This document shows positions 61,399-64,000 of a stretch of DNA of 64,000 nucleotides, piece by piece; the first letter of the stretch is position 1, and each line of letters opens with the position of its first letter. Source of the DNA: Eukaryota sp. TZLM1-RC. Its lineage: Eukaryota > Protista > Metamonada: BaSk clade. Where the stretch lies: the NCBI GenBank assembly GCA_040285825.1, contig JAUPSS010000007.1:2826689-2890688 (forward strand), written 5' to 3'. The translations under genes and the position numbers were made by a program. Under the pieces are notes generated by a model. It was given only the letters and a program-made list of their open reading frames with translations, did not search any database and was not told the DNA's origin.

Positions 61399-62763
61399 TT
61401 ACGGAGAAGAACGAGCCACCTTCTTTGGCGGCTCTCTGTTGTTCATCTGCTCTAAAGCATTTTCTACCAACTGCATACATGTCTTCTTTGTTACCTTACC
61501 TTCTAGCACACATATATCTTCTTTACTGAGACCATGGCGCTGCAGAAATTCTTGTGTATTGGAATAGTTCAACAAATAACCTACAAGTCCTTGCTGTCCT
61601 ATCTTAGGTCTAACTTTTAGAATCTTATCAACTGCAGCATTGACCTTTGGTTGAATAGTGCTAGGTTCAATCACATTTGTAGAAGCTACTCTAGGATAAC
61701 GTTGCCTAGGACGTAGACGAACAGGACGATCCTCATCAGATGGTAGTTCTTTCACCATAGAATTTGATTTGTAGAAACCACCATCATCTACAATTGATCC
61801 CTCTTCCACTAAGTTTGACAGTTCGTTGAGGATGAGACTCTTCTTGTTTTGAAGATAGTGTGTAAAATAACGCACAATACCAAACCCCAAAGGTCCGCAC
61901 CATGTCTGAGGAAAACCTTCTGGACAGTGAGGGGACATATGGAATAGATGACGGGGGAAGAACTTTAGACTTTGAGGGCTACCAAGCAAGGCCGAGATTG
62001 CCTGAGCTTCAGTTAGTCCTTTAAGGCTTGCTGACACTAACCCGAGAAGGGAGAGCCTGATGACTTGCTGCTGAGATTGAGGATCCAGCTTTGACTGAAA
62101 GTGAACAGGTAATACAGGTACATCTGGTATATCGTAATCGTACATGAAATGGTCAGGGCGCATTGGTTGGTGCATTGGTTGTTGTCCAAGAAACGGATGT
62201 CTTTCCTGTTGGTACATAGGCATCAACGAGTTTGAGTACATTGGCCTAAATCCTCCACGAGTTAGATCACTCATTGGTTGCCTGAATGGAGACTGCTGAT
62301 GTGTAATTGCTGGATGAACAGATCGAAGCAGCTCTGTCTGTGAAGAACGTGATGCATCAGTAAGTGGAGGTCTCCCTTGAGATGATGGCCTTGAGTCATC
62401 GCCTTCACGTTCTTCTGAAGGACTAGACAGTGGTGAAGGGTCACCATCAGATGGATAGGATGAACTCACTTGGATGGCTTGTGGTACATGGCTTTCTTTC
62501 GAAGCAAAACTGACCAATGTTTTGCCTGACTCAATTTTAGTTATAATCTCAGATATTTTTGTTGCCATTTTATTAACAACAGTGGTCAGTTCTGTGATGT
62601 TCTTGTTCAATGTTGATATGTTATCGGAAAGCACTTGACCATCTGGAGATGGAGAGTTCAGTGAACCCTGAGATAGGGAATGGACTTGCTGTGATTGAAC
62701 ACTTGTGGAGTCTGTAGTTGGATTTGCTCCTGTTTCGGTATTTGTATTGGAACCACCAGTCAT
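61399..62763 (-). CDS. Hypothetical protein (short coiled coil, S/P/Q-rich region, C-terminal NLS-like PPKKVAR)
   Basis: 454-aa ORF from ATG 62763 with gene-like GC content. Confidence 0.7.
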   Translation of the reverse strand: MTGGSNTNTETGANPTTDSTSVQSQQVHSLSQGSLNSPSPDGQVLSDNISTLNKNITELTTVVNKMATKISEIITKIESGKTLVSFASKESHVPQAIQVSSSYPSDGDPSPLSSPSEEREGDDSRPSSQGRPPLTDASRSSQTELLRSVHPAITHQQSPFRQPMSDLTRGGFRPMYSNSLMPMYQQERHPFLGQQPMHQPMRPDHFMYDYDIPDVPVLPVHFQSKLDPQSQQQVIRLSLLGLVSASLKGLTEAQAISALLGSPQSLKFFPRHLFHMSPHCPEGFPQTWCGPLGFGIVRYFTHYLQNKKSLILNELSNLVEEGSIVDDGGFYKSNSMVKELPSDEDRPVRLRPRQRYPRVASTNVIEPSTIQPKVNAAVDKILKVRPKIGQQGLVGYLLNYSNTQEFLQRHGLSKEDICVLEGKVTKKTCMQLVENALEQMNNREPPKKVARSSP

Positions 62764-62959
62764 TTGCGAACGGATGCTAAACAGTGTGTAAGAGTTCGCT
62801 GTTTTAGACTGTTTTATAGATATCCGTAAAACATTACAATAAAGGAACTGTAAACACAATTTAGTTCAACAATTAATGTTAGTTTTTTTACATCTCATCT
62901 TTTTGCAACAACACACTCTAAAGCAATTTGATTAAATTCCCAGCCATTCACTCCCAAAT

Positions 62960-64000
62960 TTATGTTTTTGCCTGAAAAGGCTTCAGCACCATCTGGTTAA
63001 ATTATATGAAAGCTTGGATTATGAAGTAGGACTTGGCTTGGCCAAAACTGAAAATCCCGCTTTCGGTAATTTTTTCAAGGACATTCGTGATAGTTCTGCT
63101 GCTGCTCTAGTAACTCAAATTCCCTCTGTTTATGGACTTTTGTTAAAAAAACAACGAATGGCTTTTAAACATGCGTTTTCTATGGCCAAAGTTTTCTATG
63201 TATTCTATGGCCAAACAATATGTCCAATCATTCAACATGTAAATGTAACAAACCTCTTTTGTTTACTCATCTTGTGAACTGTAAACATTTTATTGCATTT
63301 AGAAGCAAAGTACAAAATAATGTCAGATCCCAAATTTATGGCATTGCAAATCATATGGAGTAGATTCCTGTTTGGTGATGCCGTTAGGCAGAAATACCAA
63401 AGAAGAAAAGACAGAAGAGAGCATTTATTAATAAAAGATACCTGTTCTTGAACAAGTGTCACGTCATAACGTGAAATACTGAGACACCTAATAACGTAAC
63501 TTATCAGCAACAACAACATTAGAGCCTTTGCTATCAAAATTAATTCTTGATGACCCTAATATTGACAGTACGCGCTACAACAGAGCTTTTATGGGTTTGA
63601 CAAGGAATGATTTGGTTGTTCCGGGCTTAAATGGAAGCTTTACCATTTGAGAGGCCATGTCCATTGACCCTTGTAATTCTTCTAACGAACATTTCATTAA
63701 CTCAGATGTAAAAAATCCTCTTCTTGCTGGCGAAAAATGCAAAATTGCTGAGTACGCGAAACCCATTTCCTCAGTTAATGAAAATTCTCATGCCCAATAT
63801 AATTTATGTCCCTTTGGTTTTTCTTTGCTTGAATCTCTAGGTAAGGCTGCTATGGTTTTCCTTGAGGATTTTGTTGTAGTTGTAAAGGAAAGAACTGGAA
63901 GAATTTTCAATCGTGTTTACTGGCAGAACAGGATTGTACTTTCTATTGGTAGGGGAATGGTGAAAATAATTTCTGAGTCACTTTCTTCTTTTGGTGATTT
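62960..64000 (+). mobile_element. Decayed family C 3' part running off the window, with a 150-bp foreign insert
   Basis: Matches the reverse complement of 12910-13780 (DYEVGLGLAKT...RDSSAAALVTQ). Confidence 0.9.

Overview
AT-rich, gene-dense eukaryotic (protist) DNA using the standard genetic code. The splice-signal style resembles metamonads, but that is inference. About 20 compact housekeeping genes are present: a WD40/TOPLESS-like gene, a kinesin, a TmcB/C-like membrane protein, a sirtuin, a SEL1-repeat protein, MED21, ArfGAP, LSM5, an ataxin-10-like gene, a MED11-like gene, YTM1, SEC20, RPS13, a MAK/ICK kinase, TRS23, Ub-eL40, BLOS2 and ubiquilin, plus tRNA-Arg(ACG) and tRNA-Gly(TCC). Eight ultrashort introns (26-34 nt, one GC-AG) repair genes the ORF track splits or misses. 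All eight fit GYWTGY...YTHAYNNYAG, with an invariant A at -7. Roughly a third of the window (my estimate) consists of 5'-truncated, mutually nested CRE-like non-LTR retrotransposons (RT + CCHC + restriction-like endonuclease) from at least six or seven families, labelled A-G here. Many have clear TSDs and unusual filler DNA at the 5' junction. The most notable hidden signal is two different decayed Fanzor/TnpB-type RNA-guided nuclease genes. One can be rebuilt in frame only by excising a retrotransposon at its 11-bp TSD. Each is followed on the same strand by stem-loops that are candidate omegaRNA scaffolds. No intact Fanzor or full-length retroelement lies in the window. Element boundaries are approximate unless a TSD is quoted.
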